From Vicugna vicugna (taxonomy: Eukaryota), in contig MU058844.1 of the NCBI GenBank assembly GCA_013265495.1, positions 1,901,520 to 1,965,519 on the forward strand: a stretch of 64,000 bases of DNA, in the 5' to 3' direction. The position numbers and the translations under genes are program-made. Shown here in pieces: positions 23,475-35,769 of this stretch. The notes below the pieces were generated by a model, which did no database searches, had not been told where the DNA came from, and saw only the letters and a list, made by a program, of their open reading frames with translations. Each line of letters begins with the position of its first letter. Positions within the stretch are counted from its first letter, which is position 1.

Positions 23475-23930
23475 ATTATTGCCTTATTTGCCTATTATGA
23501 CACCAGTACTACACTGTCTTGATTACTTTATAATAAGTCCAGAAATCCAATAATATTATTCCTCCAACCTTGCCCTTTTTCAACTTTTTCTTGACTATTC
23601 TAGGTCCTTTGCATTTCCATATGAATTTTAAAATCAGTTTGCCGAGAGGGGAGGATATAGCTCGAGTGGTAGAGTGCTTACTTAGCATCCACAAGGTCCT
23701 GGGTTCAATTCGTAGTACCTCCTCTAAAAAAGTAAGTAAATAAGTAAACTTACTTACCTCCCCCAACAAAAAAATAAAAAATAAATATATAAAGTCACTT
23801 AGCCAATTTCTATAGAAAATCCCTGCTGGGATTTTGATGGGGATTGTATTGAATCTATAGATCTGTTTGGGAAGAACTGACATCTTAACAGTAATGAACC
23901 TTCCAGTCCCAATCTTAACAATACTGAGTT
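23475..23930 (-). mobile_element. Old L1 ORF2 fragment interrupted by a SINE
   Basis: ORF 23509..23883 has MSVLPKQIYRFNTIPIKIP ... KLILKFIWKCKGPRI..GGIILLDFWTYYK (L1 ORF2) flanking SINE-derived residues. Confidence 0.9.
23644..23790 (+). mobile_element. tRNA-derived SINE, Vic-1-like (camelid)
   Basis: Pol III A box TAGCTCGAGTGG (23658-23669), B box GGTTCAATTC (about 23702), tail AAACTTACTTACCTCCCCC plus an A-rich run. Degenerate TSD AAAATCAGTTTGCC / AAAGTCACTTAGCC (11/14 match). Confidence 0.88.
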
Positions 23931-24509
23931 TTGGAAGAGAAAGAATATAAACTCCTGTGTTTTTATCTAATCTCTTTGCTGGAAGCTTTGTTTATAATCT
24001 TTAATGTGTTTTTCTCTCAATCAGTTTTCCCCTTCTAATTTCTAACGTAGAAAGTTTTAACTGTTGCGAAAATAAACAATACCCAATTCACTTAACACAG
24101 TTATCTTTTCTAACTAGCTATCTATTTTCTTTCACAACTAAACCAGTGGAGCCAAATTGCTGTTAATACATTTTCATCACTTGTATCTCTGAGACTAGTT
24201 TGGCCTAGAACTTTATATCACTAGTCAGTAGTGTTCCTATTGTGATCAAAAACTAACATTCTTTCTCTTGGTCCTTTTCTTTTTGATCTTTTGGCGTATT
24301 TCATCAATGCCTTTCCCCTCTGTAAACCTCCCTTCCCCCACTGAATCCTAGGGACTGTGTATTTCTGGTTCTGACCCCCAGCTCTTTGACGATACTTTAC
24401 ACTGGCTGCTAGAGCTAGACAGTATTATTTTCTAAAATGGATTCCAGAAAGCACTAGCTCCTCCAGATATTAATTGGCAAAAAAAGAGAAAAATATGTAT
24501 CATTAAATA

Positions 24510-24796
24510 CAGTCACCCCTCTGTATTCACACATTCCACAATTGCAGATTCAGCCAACCACAGACAGAAAAGCAAAATTTGAATTTGCCACCTGTAGGTA
24601 ACTATTTACATAGCATTTACCTTGTGTTAGGTATTATGAGTAACCTAGAAGTAACTGAAAGCATATGGGAGGATATGTGTTGGTTATATGCAAATACTAT
24701 GTCACTTTGTCATTTTTATATAAGGGACTTGAGCATCTACAGATTTTGGTATCATCAGGGTGGAAACAATCCCCCATAGATATCAAGGGACAACTG
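24510..24796. mobile_element. MER2-type Tigger MITE with TA target sites, apparently nested in an older hAT-like relic (about 24420-24905)
   Basis: TA|CAGTCACCCCTCTGTATTC ... GATATCAAGGGACAACTG|TA; internal AACTATTTACATAGCATTTAC..GGTTATATGCAAATACTA. Confidence 0.88.
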
Positions 24797-26450
24797 TAAG
24801 TTTAGGCAACACAAACTCAAGGTTCTTCACTTAAGAGCCTTTCATATGCAAATGTGCATCATAGATCACTTGGAAGAAGTTACAGCATATGATAGTAACC
24901 AAACCTGCAAGCCTGGTGATATAAACTCTGAGCAAATAATAAGGCATTAAAAATTGCCGTGCCTAGCAGGGGGACCTAAGTTGTTCAGGTATCTTTTCAT
25001 TACTTCATTTCCTCATCTGTTTTATTTGTGTACAATTTTTCCAGTCTCATCTTTGAAATTCAGCATCAATTTTGGTATTATGATTTTTCATCTTTATTCA
25101 ACTATTCATCATTATAATAGTTATAATAATTCTAAAATTTCAGCATAATATTCCTTAACGTGAGAGAGATCTTTCTCTTAGTGGTGAACGGAATTACTTT
25201 TAGTTTAACATATATTTTCAAAATAATTGTGAGAGGGAGGACAGGGGTGGATATGGTGTTAAGAAAGCAAAACTGTCTGGGAGGAGAGCATAACTCTGAA
25301 TTACAGAAATACTCCAATCTTCCATTCTGTGGTCGGAAGGAAAAACTGGATCTCAATATACCAATTATGGGTTTGGCTAGTATGTTTAAGATGACTAGAA
25401 GTACTCTGCATCAGGATACAGAACACTGTGGTCAGACTAGGAGGTAGATGTGTACTTAAAAATGTTTCAACATTGGACTAAACCAAGCTTCCTCATACCT
25501 AAAAGAAGAATGACTTCAAACTCTAGTGAAAGCATTAGTCTCCAGTTGATGTGACAGAATGGCCTAATCAATAATAAATTGGAATGAATGTAGGGGCTGT
25601 TCTGCCATCTTTGATCAATATGGTATCTGTCATCTTTCTGGAGCTCTGCCAAAAGTGATGCTCCCTGACTCCCAGGGGAAAAGTTGGCAGGAAGTACCAA
25701 GGTCTGTCCACATTTATGAAGCCAAGAGCTCAGACTATACCATTTGGAATTTAAGAACCAAGGCAGGGAAAAAAGGAAACAGGCATTCATTAATTTAAAA
25801 AAAAATTTATGTGTAAAGAAAAAACACAAGAGCATTCATGCTTCATAAATGAAGAGAGACAGGGGTTTATATTTTTAGTTCATTTTACATATGATTTATT
25901 TGGACAAACTTTCTATACTGATTTTTAACTTGGATTTTCCAGTTCACATGTTTAACTTGCAAAATAAATATGCTTTCAATTTAGTTTTAATATGGAAGTC
26001 ATGAGTATTTGATCAATATTCAATGAATATTAAAAACATATTTATCTAGAATCAAAAGTATGAGGTACCACAAAGAAGGAAGTATAGTTTTTTGCCATTA
26101 ATCATTTAAAGATATTTGATAGTTGTGTTCCCTGCTGTGTCTTTTGGAGCAATGAAATCTTTTCTACTTTTTCTTCATTTTTAAGAATAATGAATGGACT
26201 AGCATTCAGCCTGTTCAGCTGTCATTGCATAGAATCTTACAGCAGGAAATGTTGACTAATGTGTTGTTTTATTTCAGAAAATGAAACATCTTTCTTATTA
26301 AAATCCTTATTTACCATAGTTTTGATAAGAGGGATGTTCTGAAAGTGCTGGGAGAATGATTTTCATTGGAAAGGTGACCATACATCCAAGTCTTCCAAAG
26401 AATATTTTAAGTTAAGCAATTTATGGCAAAAGAATTAGCCTCTTAAAGCA

Positions 26451-26893
26451 TGTGTAGTCGATTTTATGGCAACTTAGATAGCCTATAATACCCAGCTATT
26501 CAATTAAAGTTAATCTTGCTGGTGTGAAGGTTTTTGGTAAACGTGATTAACTCTACAATCAGTTGACTTTAAAGATTATCTTTGATAATGTGGGTGGGAT
26601 TGATCCAATCAGTTGGAAATCTCTAAAAAAAAACCTTGAGATTTCACTGAGAAAGAAGAAATTCCACCTGTGACTTCAGCTTCAGCTCCTGCCCTAGAGT
26701 TTCCAGCCTGCCATACAGGTTTTGGACTTGCCTAGCTGGCCAATCGCATAAGACAAGTCCTTGTAATAAATTCTATAGATTATATAGGAATATATACATA
26801 AATATATATATACACACATATATTCATACTAACATATGTGTGTGTATATGTATCCCACTTGTTCTGTTCCTTTGGTGGAGCCATGATTGATAC
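26451..26893 (+). mobile_element. MLT2 (ERV-L) solo LTR, MLT2D-like
   Basis: TGTG..ATTTTATGGCAACTT..AATCAGTTGACTTTAA..GATAATGTGGGTGGG..CCAATCAGTTG; (TA)/(CA)/(TG) tract; ends TTCTGTTCCTTTGGTGGAGCCATGATTGATACA. Confidence 0.85.
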
Positions 26894-27049
26894 AGAGCAC
26901 ACACTATGCACTGTCCAGCTCTTTCCCAAAGACACTTTTCTCGGTCATCCTAAAGTCTGAGCCCTCTCTTTCCTACCATTATGTAGCACAGCATCATGCC
27001 TATTTTCTTTATAAAATTTTTAACAATCTGTACATTTTTTAATTTAAAT

Positions 27050-27350
27050 TTTTTTTAGTGTCTTTACACTAAAAGAAAAATTTTTGAGATTGGGCACACT
27101 AAGTCTCTCCTCCAATGATGTATCCTTTAGCCTGAACACAGTGCCTGGCTCATAGTAGGTGCTCAGTTTGTTGGATAAATGAAAATAACTTAATTATCAG
27201 ATTTAAACTTCATAAATATTCTGTAATATGAGATCTATTATTCCCATTTGACAAACCTCAGAGAAATTAAGTGATTTACCTCAAGTCACACGACTAGTAA
27301 GTGAGGGATCTGAGATTTAAATCCAAATTGTTCTATTTCCAAATCCATTC
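27050..27350. mobile_element. L2 3' end followed by a MIR fragment
   Basis: ACAGTGCCTGGCTCATAGTAGGTGCTCAG..GATAAATGAA; then TTCCCATTTGACA..AATTAAGTGATTTACCTCAAGTCACAC. Confidence 0.7.
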
Positions 27351-27909
27351 TATTTCCTTTACATAACATTGATTTAGCTTTTTATTAAACTTAACATCTA
27401 CAGTGTATCAGGCCCTCATTAAACACTGTGAAGAACACAAGAAGGAATTACACACAGTGTGATCAGATACACACTTACCTCTATTACTTAGCCATGTGCA
27501 CACCTGCAGATGAATGGTATTGGTGGTACTCCTGCCTGAGAGAGTGGGAAGAGGCCTTAGAGCTGAGGAAGCCATTCAGGCAGGCCTTGAGTGGTGAGGT
27601 TGGAATTGTGAAAAAGATCAGTTTAAACACAAGAGGTAACATTAGCAAAGATACAAGCAGTTGCAGGTTATGAATTAGGAATGATGACATTTCAACTCAC
27701 TATTTAGAGTGGGAGGTATGTGGGTGGTTGGGGATAGATAGGAAACCATGTATGAAATGGACTTGAAGTCTGGACATAATCCTATATGCAGTTATGGCAA
27801 CCATGCTAGGTCATGCTTTGTGTGTTTGTTTCATTTTTAAAGTGTAAACTTTTTGAAGGTAGATACATTAATAATTATGGAGTGGAAGGAATCTCTCACT
27901 GGGCTCTTT

Positions 27910-28300
27910 TAGTATGTTACTCCAGTCCCCTAAGAAACAAATTACCAAGATATGATTAAATTTGCAAGGAATTTATTAGGGAACACAACTGTATGAAAAA
28001 AAAATGGAGTGGGAGCTAGAAGAGACTATAAGATTTGTCTGAAGATGATGCTAATCTGATCCCTACTGAGAAGCAGCCTTAACTGTCCCACAATATGAGG
28101 AATCTTCAGCAAGGTCATCAGGAGTCCTTGAATGAAAGTCAACTATCCTAGGAATTCCTTGTCTACAAGAAGGGACTCCCTTTGTCTCCCTACAGTGCTC
28201 AGTAATTGGCCTTTGGGAGGTGTGGCACAGCTTTTGGGCCCTAAGTCAGTGCTGCTGCCTGTAGCTGGAGGTCTGTGAGTCACAGTCTTTAGTTATGTAC
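27910..28300 (-). mobile_element. ERV-L LTR (LTR16-like)
   Basis: CAGTCCCCTAAGAAACAAATTACCAAGATATGATTAAATTTGCAAGGAATTTATTAGGG resembles an antisense LTR16-family 3' end. Confidence 0.55.
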
Positions 28301-28563
28301 GTCAGCTAGCCTGTGCCCTACAGAATTAAAGACTTCTTTTTTGTCCTAATTAGGATTTTAGACTATAGTCTCCCTGAACATTATTACTTACATTAGGGAG
28401 AGGTGGGTGATCCTTCGGTGCAATTATTTTTCAACCAAATTAAAATAAATTTATTTCATAACTAGACACAAAGTCCTCTAAATGTGAACCAGTTGAGGTT
28501 AAGTTTCCATTTAAATGCCTAAAACTGAAGATAAATCACTTCTATTTTTAAAGGAAGACATGA

Positions 28564-28911
28564 TATCACTCATATGCAGAATCTAAAAAAAGAAAAAAGA
28601 GGACACTAATAAACTCATCTGCAAAACAGAAACAGGCACAGTAAACAATCTTATGGTTACCAGGAGAAAGAGGGTGGGAAGGGATAAATTTGGGAGTTTG
28701 AGATTTACAAAGGTTAACCACTATATATAAAAATAGATTAAAAATTTCTTCCGTATAGCACAGGGAACTATATTCAATATCTTATAATAACCTTTAATGA
28801 AAAAGAATATAAAAGTGAATATGTATGTATATACATGAGTGGGACATTATGCTGTACACCAGAAACTGACACATTGTAACTGTTTATACTTCAATTAAAA
28901 AAAAAGAGGAA
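28564..28911 (+). mobile_element. Short 5'-truncated LINE-1 3'UTR with perfect 14-bp TSD
   Basis: AAAGGAAGACATGA at 28550-28563 and 28912-28925; target TTTT/AAAG fits the L1 endonuclease preference; A-rich tail. Confidence 0.95.
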
Positions 28912-29139
28912 AAAGGAAGACATGAGTTGGCACGTAGCACGTTATGGGATGAGAAAGACAAAAAAGTAGAGAAGAGAAATAATACTTATTGAAGACCATG
29001 CTCTTACCAAAATAAACATTTTCATATTAGCCATTAATTTTATATCCATTTTATCACTGTAGAAACTGAAGCTTAGCAGACCTCACACAACTACAAAGTC
29101 AATAAAGGTGGTATCCATTTCTCTTTTCTATGTTGCTTT

Positions 29140-30585
29140 CTTTCTTTTTTAAGACCTTATGATTTTTAGAGCAGTTTTAGGTTCACAGAAAAATTGAGTG
29201 GAAGAAGGTACAGAGATTCCCCAAATATCCCCCAACCCCACAGATGCACAGTCTCCTCCATAATGAACATCCCCCACCAGAGTGGTACATTTGTTAGAAC
29301 TGATGAACCTACACTGACACATTCATAAGCACTGCAAATCCATTGTTTACATTAGGGTTCACTCTTGGTGTTGTATATTCTATAAATGCAAAGTGACTTT
29401 TATCTCTCATGGTATCATGGAATTTTCACATGCCTTAACATTTTCATCTCTCCTCCATAACCATAGCAACCACTGATATTTTTACTGTCTCCTTTGTTTT
29501 GCCTTCCCCAAAATGTTGTATAGTCAAAATTATACAGTGTGTAGCCTTTTCAGATTGGCTTCTTTCACTTGTTAATATGCATTTAAGTTTCCTCCATGTA
29601 TGTTCATAACCTGGTAGCTCATTTATTTTTCATGCTAATAATATTTGATTGTTTGGATATACCACAGTTTATCCATTCAGGTACTGAGTGACATCTTGGT
29701 TGCTTCCAAGTTTTGGCAATTATAAATAAAACTTCAGTAAATATCTATGTACAGGTTTTTATGTGGACGTAAGTTTTCAACTCCTTTGGGTAAATACCAG
29801 TAACTGCAATTGCTGGATCATATAGTTTTATAAGAAATTGAAAACCTGTCTTCCAAAGTAGCTGTAACATTTTGCAATCCTACCAGCAATGAATGAGAGT
29901 TCCTGTTGCTCCACATCTTTGTCAGCATGTGATGTTGTCAGTGTTCTGGATTTTGGCCATTCTAACAGGCCTATAGTGATATGTTATTGTTGCTTTAACT
30001 TGTAGTTTTCTGATGACATATGATGTGGAACATGTTCTTATGTGTTTATTTCCCATCTATATATCTTCTTTAGTGAGATGCCTGTTAAGATCTTTGGCCT
30101 GTTTTTAAAATTAGATTGTTCTCTTCTTGTTGAGTTTTGATGGTTGGTTCTTTTGGAGCTTTTATGTAGATGATTATGTCATCTGCAGACAAAGACAGTT
30201 TTATGTATTACTTCCTAATGGGGATTTTTATAACTTTTGTTTCCTTTTCTTGTCTTATTGCATAAACTAGAATTTCCATACAGTGTTGAAAAGGAATGTT
30301 GGCAGGGACATCCTTATCTGTACCTGGTCTTAGTGAGAAAGCTTCAAGTTTATCACCAGTAAGTATGATGTTATCTGTAGGTATTTTGTAGATATTCTTT
30401 ATTAAGTTTCTCTTTCTTTCTAGTTTACTGAGACTTTTTATCATGAATGGGTATTGAATTTTGTCAAATGCTTTTTCTGCATCTATTAATATGACCATAT
30501 AACCTTTTTCTTTTTTTTAGCCCTTTGATGTGATAGATTATATTAATTAATTTTTAAATGTTGACCCAGCCATGCATCCTTGGGC
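29140..30585 (-). mobile_element. Old L1M (L1MC/MD-like) 3' end joined to an ORF2 reverse-transcriptase segment
   Basis: TTTTAGAGCAGTTTTAGGTTCACAGAAAAATTGAG is a 3'-end signature. ORF 30208..30498 has ILIDAEKAFDKIQYPFMIK (L1 RT motif). Discontinuity near 30140. Confidence 0.9.
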
Positions 30586-30784
30586 CAATTACATAAATTT
30601 AAAAATATCAGTTTGGAGGACAAAGAAAAACTTGGCAAGGGCCTCAAAAATCTGGTTTTCATATTTTGAAATTTATCTCTAAAAAATAAGATCTCTTTAA
30701 AGAATATAACCACAATAGTATTTTGTGTGTATGTGTGTGTGTGTTTGGAGGCATATGGTTTATTTTTTTTTTCTGCTGTACATC

Positions 30785-31389
30785 TCTTTTTTTAACATTT
30801 TTTATTGATTTATAATCATTTTACAATGTTGTGTCAAATTCCAGTGTAGAGCACAGTTTTTCAGTTATACATGAACATGTATATGATCATTGTCACATTT
30901 TTTTCTCTGTGAGCTACCATAAGATCTTGTATATATTGCCCTGTGCTATACAGTATAATCTTGTTTATCTGTTCTACATTTTGAAGTCCCAGTCTATCCC
31001 TTCCAACTCTCCGCCCCCTTGGCAACCACAAATTTGTATTCTGTGTCTATGAGTCTGTTTCTGTTTTGTATTTATGTTTTGTTTGTTTGTTTGTTTGTTT
31101 TAGATTCCACATATGAGTGATCTTATATGGTATTTTTCTTTCTTTTTCTGGCTTACTTCACTTGGAATGACATTCTCCAGGAGCATACAGTTTGCTGCAA
31201 ATGGCATTATATTGTCATTTTTGTGGTTGAATAGTATTCCATTGTATAAATATACCACATCTTCTTTATCCAGTCATCTGTTGATGGACATTTAGGCTGT
31301 TTTCATGTCTTGGCTATTGTAAATAGTGCTGCTATGAACGTTGGGGTGCAGGTGTCATTTTGAAGTAGGATTCCTTCTGGATATATGCA
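30785..31389 (-). mobile_element. Young 5'-truncated LINE-1, same 3'UTR type as 1-424 and 1663-2237
   Basis: Colinear and highly similar to 1663-2237 (TTTATTGATTTATAAT..TTTTACAATGTTGTGTCAAATTCCAG...GGGGTGCAGGT); no TSD visible. Confidence 0.95.
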
Positions 31390-31659
31390 TGATACCATTA
31401 TCATCCACAAAAATAAATATAATAATTTCTTAGTATCATCAAATATCTAGTCTTCACTTACATTTTTCTAATATTCTCATATTGTTAAATACATTATTTA
31501 ATCTTTCTCCCAACATTTTATTATGAAAAATTTCATATAACAAAGTCAAAATTATTTTATAGCGAACACCTACTTACAGATGCTCTAACTGAAATTGATA
31601 TAGTGACTCTTTTCTTGCTAGGTGAGCAGGGTAGTGAGAGTGACCACTTGGCCTTTCCA

Positions 31660-32960
31660 TTTGTCATTTATTCATTGGACAGGTTCTTACTATTAACTTC
31701 CTATATGCCATGTACTGTACTAGGGGCTGGGGACATTGTAGTAAGTAGGCCAGATGTAGTCCTTACCTTCACAGAGCCTACTTTTAAGTGACAGGGTAGC
31801 AGCTGCACTTGTCATAACTAGCTATGTTGCAGTAGTTAGTATACTTGTTTGGAGACTCCTACCTAATAAGCTTCCATATTATTGAGTAGGGTTTCCCTTC
31901 CCTCTCTACTCTTACACATACATACACCCCTAAAAATTATCTTCCAGCTCTCAGAATTGTCTTTCTCACTGCATCTGATAATGACGTTAAAAATCATCTT
32001 TGGCCATTCATTAACTCCAGATTCCATAGCATGACATACGTAGTCTTTCTCTACGTGGTTTAGCTTGACATTCCAGCTTTTTCTCTGGCCATTCCCCACT
32101 CACCTTATACAGGTATATCTTGTTTTATTGCATTTTGTTTTATTGTGCTTCACAGATACTGTATTTTTATAAGTTGGAGGTTTGTGGTAACCCTATGTTA
32201 AGCAAGTCTATTGGGACCATTTTCCCAATAGCATTTGCTCGCTTTGTGTCTCTGTGTCACCTTTTAGTAATTCTTGCAACATTTCAAACTTTTTCGTCAC
32301 TATTACATTTGTTATGGCAATTTGTGTTTAGTGATCTTTGGTACTACTATTGCAAAAAGATTACAACTTGCTGAAGGCTCAGATAATGGTTAGCATATTT
32401 AGCAATAGAGTATTATTTAATTAAGGTATGGATATTTTTTTTTAGACATGTTATTGCACACTTGATAGACTACAATATAATGTTAACATAACATCTATAT
32501 GCTCTGGAAAACCAAAAAAAAATTGTGTAACTCAACTTTATTGTGATGGTCCAGAACCAAACCCACAGCATCTCAGAGGTGTGCCTGTACTCCAGCTACA
32601 CAGAGATACTCTTAAGTTCTCCCAAAGTATCCCATTTTTTGTGTGTGCTGTTTCCTTTACACAGAATACTTGACACTTTTTTTTTCCCCAGGCAAACTCC
32701 TGTTAATCTTTTTGTCTCCATTTAAACATCCCTTCATGTAAAAAGTCTTTACCTTTTCTTCCAGGAAACTGGTCATCTCTCCTCTGGAGTCACAATGATT
32801 TATGTTTACATGTATTTCAAAGAATATTACATTCTATTATAATCATTTGCCTAACTATATTTCACCTTTTGCTTCTCTAAGAAATCTTTTCTAGTTTTTG
32901 AACCTTTAGTATGTAGCAAAGATCGTGTAATATGGTAGGGAATGAATTAATGGTTAGTTG
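31660..32960. mobile_element. L2 fragments in both orientations; the second is split by Tigger1
   Basis: CATTTATTCATTG..CCTATATGCCATGTACTGTACTAGGGGCTGGGG; and CCCCACTCACCTTA|..|CTCCAGCTACACAG..TGTGCTGTTTCCT. Confidence 0.6.
32110..32587 (+). mobile_element. Internally deleted Tigger1 derivative
   Basis: TA|CAGGTATATCTTG ... CAGAGGTGTGCCTG|TA terminal inverted repeats; GGTTTGTGGTAACCCT..AGCAAGTCTATTGG; GCTGAAGGCTCAGATAATGGTTAGCA. Confidence 0.92.
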
Positions 32961-34067
32961 AATTGATTTCATTTGAATTAAGACTGTGGTTAAGAAAACT
33001 CAGTTTTGATTATTTGTGATGAGCATTAATCCCCATCTAGAAATGATATTTAATTAAGAGAACCAGGTTCTAATTTTTTGATGACCAAATATCTAGATGT
33101 ATAGATTTAATCAGAGTAAATCACCTTATGAGAATTGTATATAGGTCTTTCTCAACATTTTGTTAAGTCTGTTTTGGAGCTAAGACTGGACAGTTAAAAA
33201 TAAAATATGGTAAATCACAAGTACTTAACATTTTAACATTTCAAATACTATAATGTGATTTACCTCAAATCCAGGATTTGGGCAAAGGTTACTCTAGAGT
33301 TATATGAAAATCCCCATACTCTTCTAAAATAACTGAACACAGGCCACTCCTGAGGCTGTTTATTTTTACATGATATACAATGAAAACACTATAATTAAGA
33401 ATGGGTAAACCCAGCTGTGCTTTGGGTTTATCAAATTTCTCAACGTTGTTTTTGACTATTTGGAGTCCGTGAAGACTAAAGCCTACTTTTCCAAGAATTT
33501 TCCCTCAATTTTTTAATCAGTGTTTATTTTAAAAGAAGTACAATCCATATGGTTTTGATTCCTTTACATTTAACTCATCCAAATGCAGTTTTGCAAGAAC
33601 TATTTGAAGTGAAAAGCTTTTTGAAATTTTTATGAGCTTTTTTGTCTTTTTCTCCCCCTCAGAAAAGGAAACAATACTTTGCCAAGTGTAAACAAAGCTA
33701 ATCACCAAACAGTTTTATATTCTAAAATAATGAAACCAGATTGGGTTCTGAATTTAACAAAATAGTTCGTTTATCCCTAGTGAGTCTGTTGTCTAAGCTC
33801 ATACAGAGACTGCCTTCTCTATAGCACAGCCTGGGTGACGCCAGCATTGTACCATTCAGACTTTCAGATCTCACACAAAACAGCAGCCAACTGAGTTGTT
33901 TCCCAGTCAGGGTTTACTTATCATATCTTTATTTTGTCACAGAAGCCACCAAAGTGCAATATTAAATGTCAAGACAACCCAGAAAAGTTAATGATAGGGC
34001 ATGTGAATGGACAAGCAATGCTGCATCTGTGAATGAAGTCTGAACATGCATTTCAAGTCCCACCTAA

Positions 34068-34296
34068 AAGAGCTGTCGGCAAGCTACAGCCCATGGACTA
34101 AAAACAGCCTGCTAACTGTTTTTATAAATAAAATTTTATTAGAACACATCCACAACACCCATTCCTCCATATATGACTTATGGTTGCTTTTGTGCTACAA
34201 TGGCAAAGTTGAGAATTTACGACAGAAACCATATAGAAGGCAAAGTGTAAAATATTTACTACCTAAACTTTCACAGAGAAAGATTGCTAACTCCTG
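34068..34296 (+). mobile_element. MER58A (hAT-Charlie MITE)
   Basis: GTCGGCAAGCTACAGCCCATGG..TTTTATAAATAAAATTTTATTAGAACAC..AAAATATTTACTA..TTGCTAACTCCTG. Confidence 0.85.
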
Positions 34297-34893
34297 ATCT
34301 AGATGATATGTGGCTAATAACCCTTAGCTTCTCCGCTCTGGCCATAATACAAAACTTCTCTGAATGTCATGTTCTCTCTCTCTAGGTCAAGGATTAGCAG
34401 GATATTAAAAAAAAAATAGAGATTCTTCTTAGAAAAAGAAGATATAATTAGAAAACAAACATGTTACAAATATACATTATTTTTCATGTAACAGTCAGAA
34501 ATGAACATTTACTGTAAAATTTCCAACTTCCAGCTTCTCTATGACCAAATATTTTGGGGATTTGAAAAATGTATACAATTATCCTAGCACTAAAGTATTC
34601 ATAGTAGTGATCTCTTTGGTGAGGTGGTTATTTTTCTCCTTCTGTTAATAATATAGCTGAAGAGTAACAGTTATCTTTCATAAACCTTACTTTGTGCTAG
34701 CACCTATGCTGTGCTACTTTCCCTGCATTATTATATTTAATCCTCACAAAAGCTCTTTCCTAAGTTGTTTAAACTCTTGAGATCTGTTTCTTCTTTTGTA
34801 AAATGTGGACAATAATACTACCTACCTCATAGGGCTATTTTGAAGACAAAAATTTAATACATGAGTGATATTTAGAAGAAGACCTAAGCTATC

Positions 34894-35400
34894 TGTCATC
34901 CCTCATAATGACCCCAAAAAGTCATTTGCACCAGGAGAACTCAGTTTATTAAACCTACTACAGTAAAGGGGAGTGCCTTTCTATAGTCTTAGGAGCGTCT
35001 CAGAAGAGGAAAATCAAGAGGAAAAATATATATATATAATATATAGTATGTATATATAATACCATATATATGTTTCTCTGTGTATATATGTGTATGTGTG
35101 TGTATGGTATTAGAATTTGGACTAATGATTTTGAGAGGAGTCTTGAAAAGCAGGTAACCGATAGAGAGATTAGGCAGTTTCTGATATGAGAGTAATGGAT
35201 TAGCGGGCACAGCTGAGGTAAGAGGCTTGGTATGGTATTGATACAGAAGCAGTTTGTCTTATTAAATGAGTTGTTTTAGTTGGTGTATCTTCCAGGAATG
35301 ATTATTTCTTGGCCCATGTAGCTGTTATTTTTTTGCCAGTCCTAGAACTGTTTAGCACAACAGGCAAGTGTGTTGATTTCAGCTTCACATCCAATGTAGT
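34894..35400 (-). mobile_element. Old LTR-like element, family uncertain, with an internal AT/GT microsatellite
   Basis: Starts TGTCA; TTTATT (antisense poly-A signal) followed by CTACAGTAAAGGGGAG..TCTCAGAAGAGG. Confidence 0.5.
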
Positions 35401-35769
35401 AAGGGCTAAGTATGTACTAGCAATTTTCATTATTTTTAAAATTATCATTACATTACAGATGAGACTTAGAAAGGTTAGATAATTTTTCCAAAGTCACACA
35501 GTCCAGTTATTATTGCTCCTATTTTGTTCATATTCCAATGCATTCGTGTAAGTGTAGAATTAACAAGGTCTGGACTTTAAGCATCTTCTTGCTCAAATAA
35601 GCCTTATGCTCTTATAGAAGAATTTTGTAATTAATTTTAGTGTGTGGCGTTTTGGGTTTGTTTTTGCTTTTTTTTTGTATTAGTTCAATTGGACTCACTT
35701 AAGTTTGATGGAGCTGATGGTGGTGTGTGAATGGTCGGTAGCAGTGGGTGAGAAGGAGTGGGTGCTATG

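Noticed and set aside
23644..23722. tRNA gene
   Set aside because: It has A and B boxes but continues into a SINE body, A-rich tail and degenerate TSD, so it is a SINE head.
26780..26852. Quasi-palindromic (TA)/(CA)/(TG) hairpin, possible pre-miRNA
   Set aside because: This is the usual simple-repeat tract of MLT2 LTRs; the self-complementarity is a low-complexity effect.
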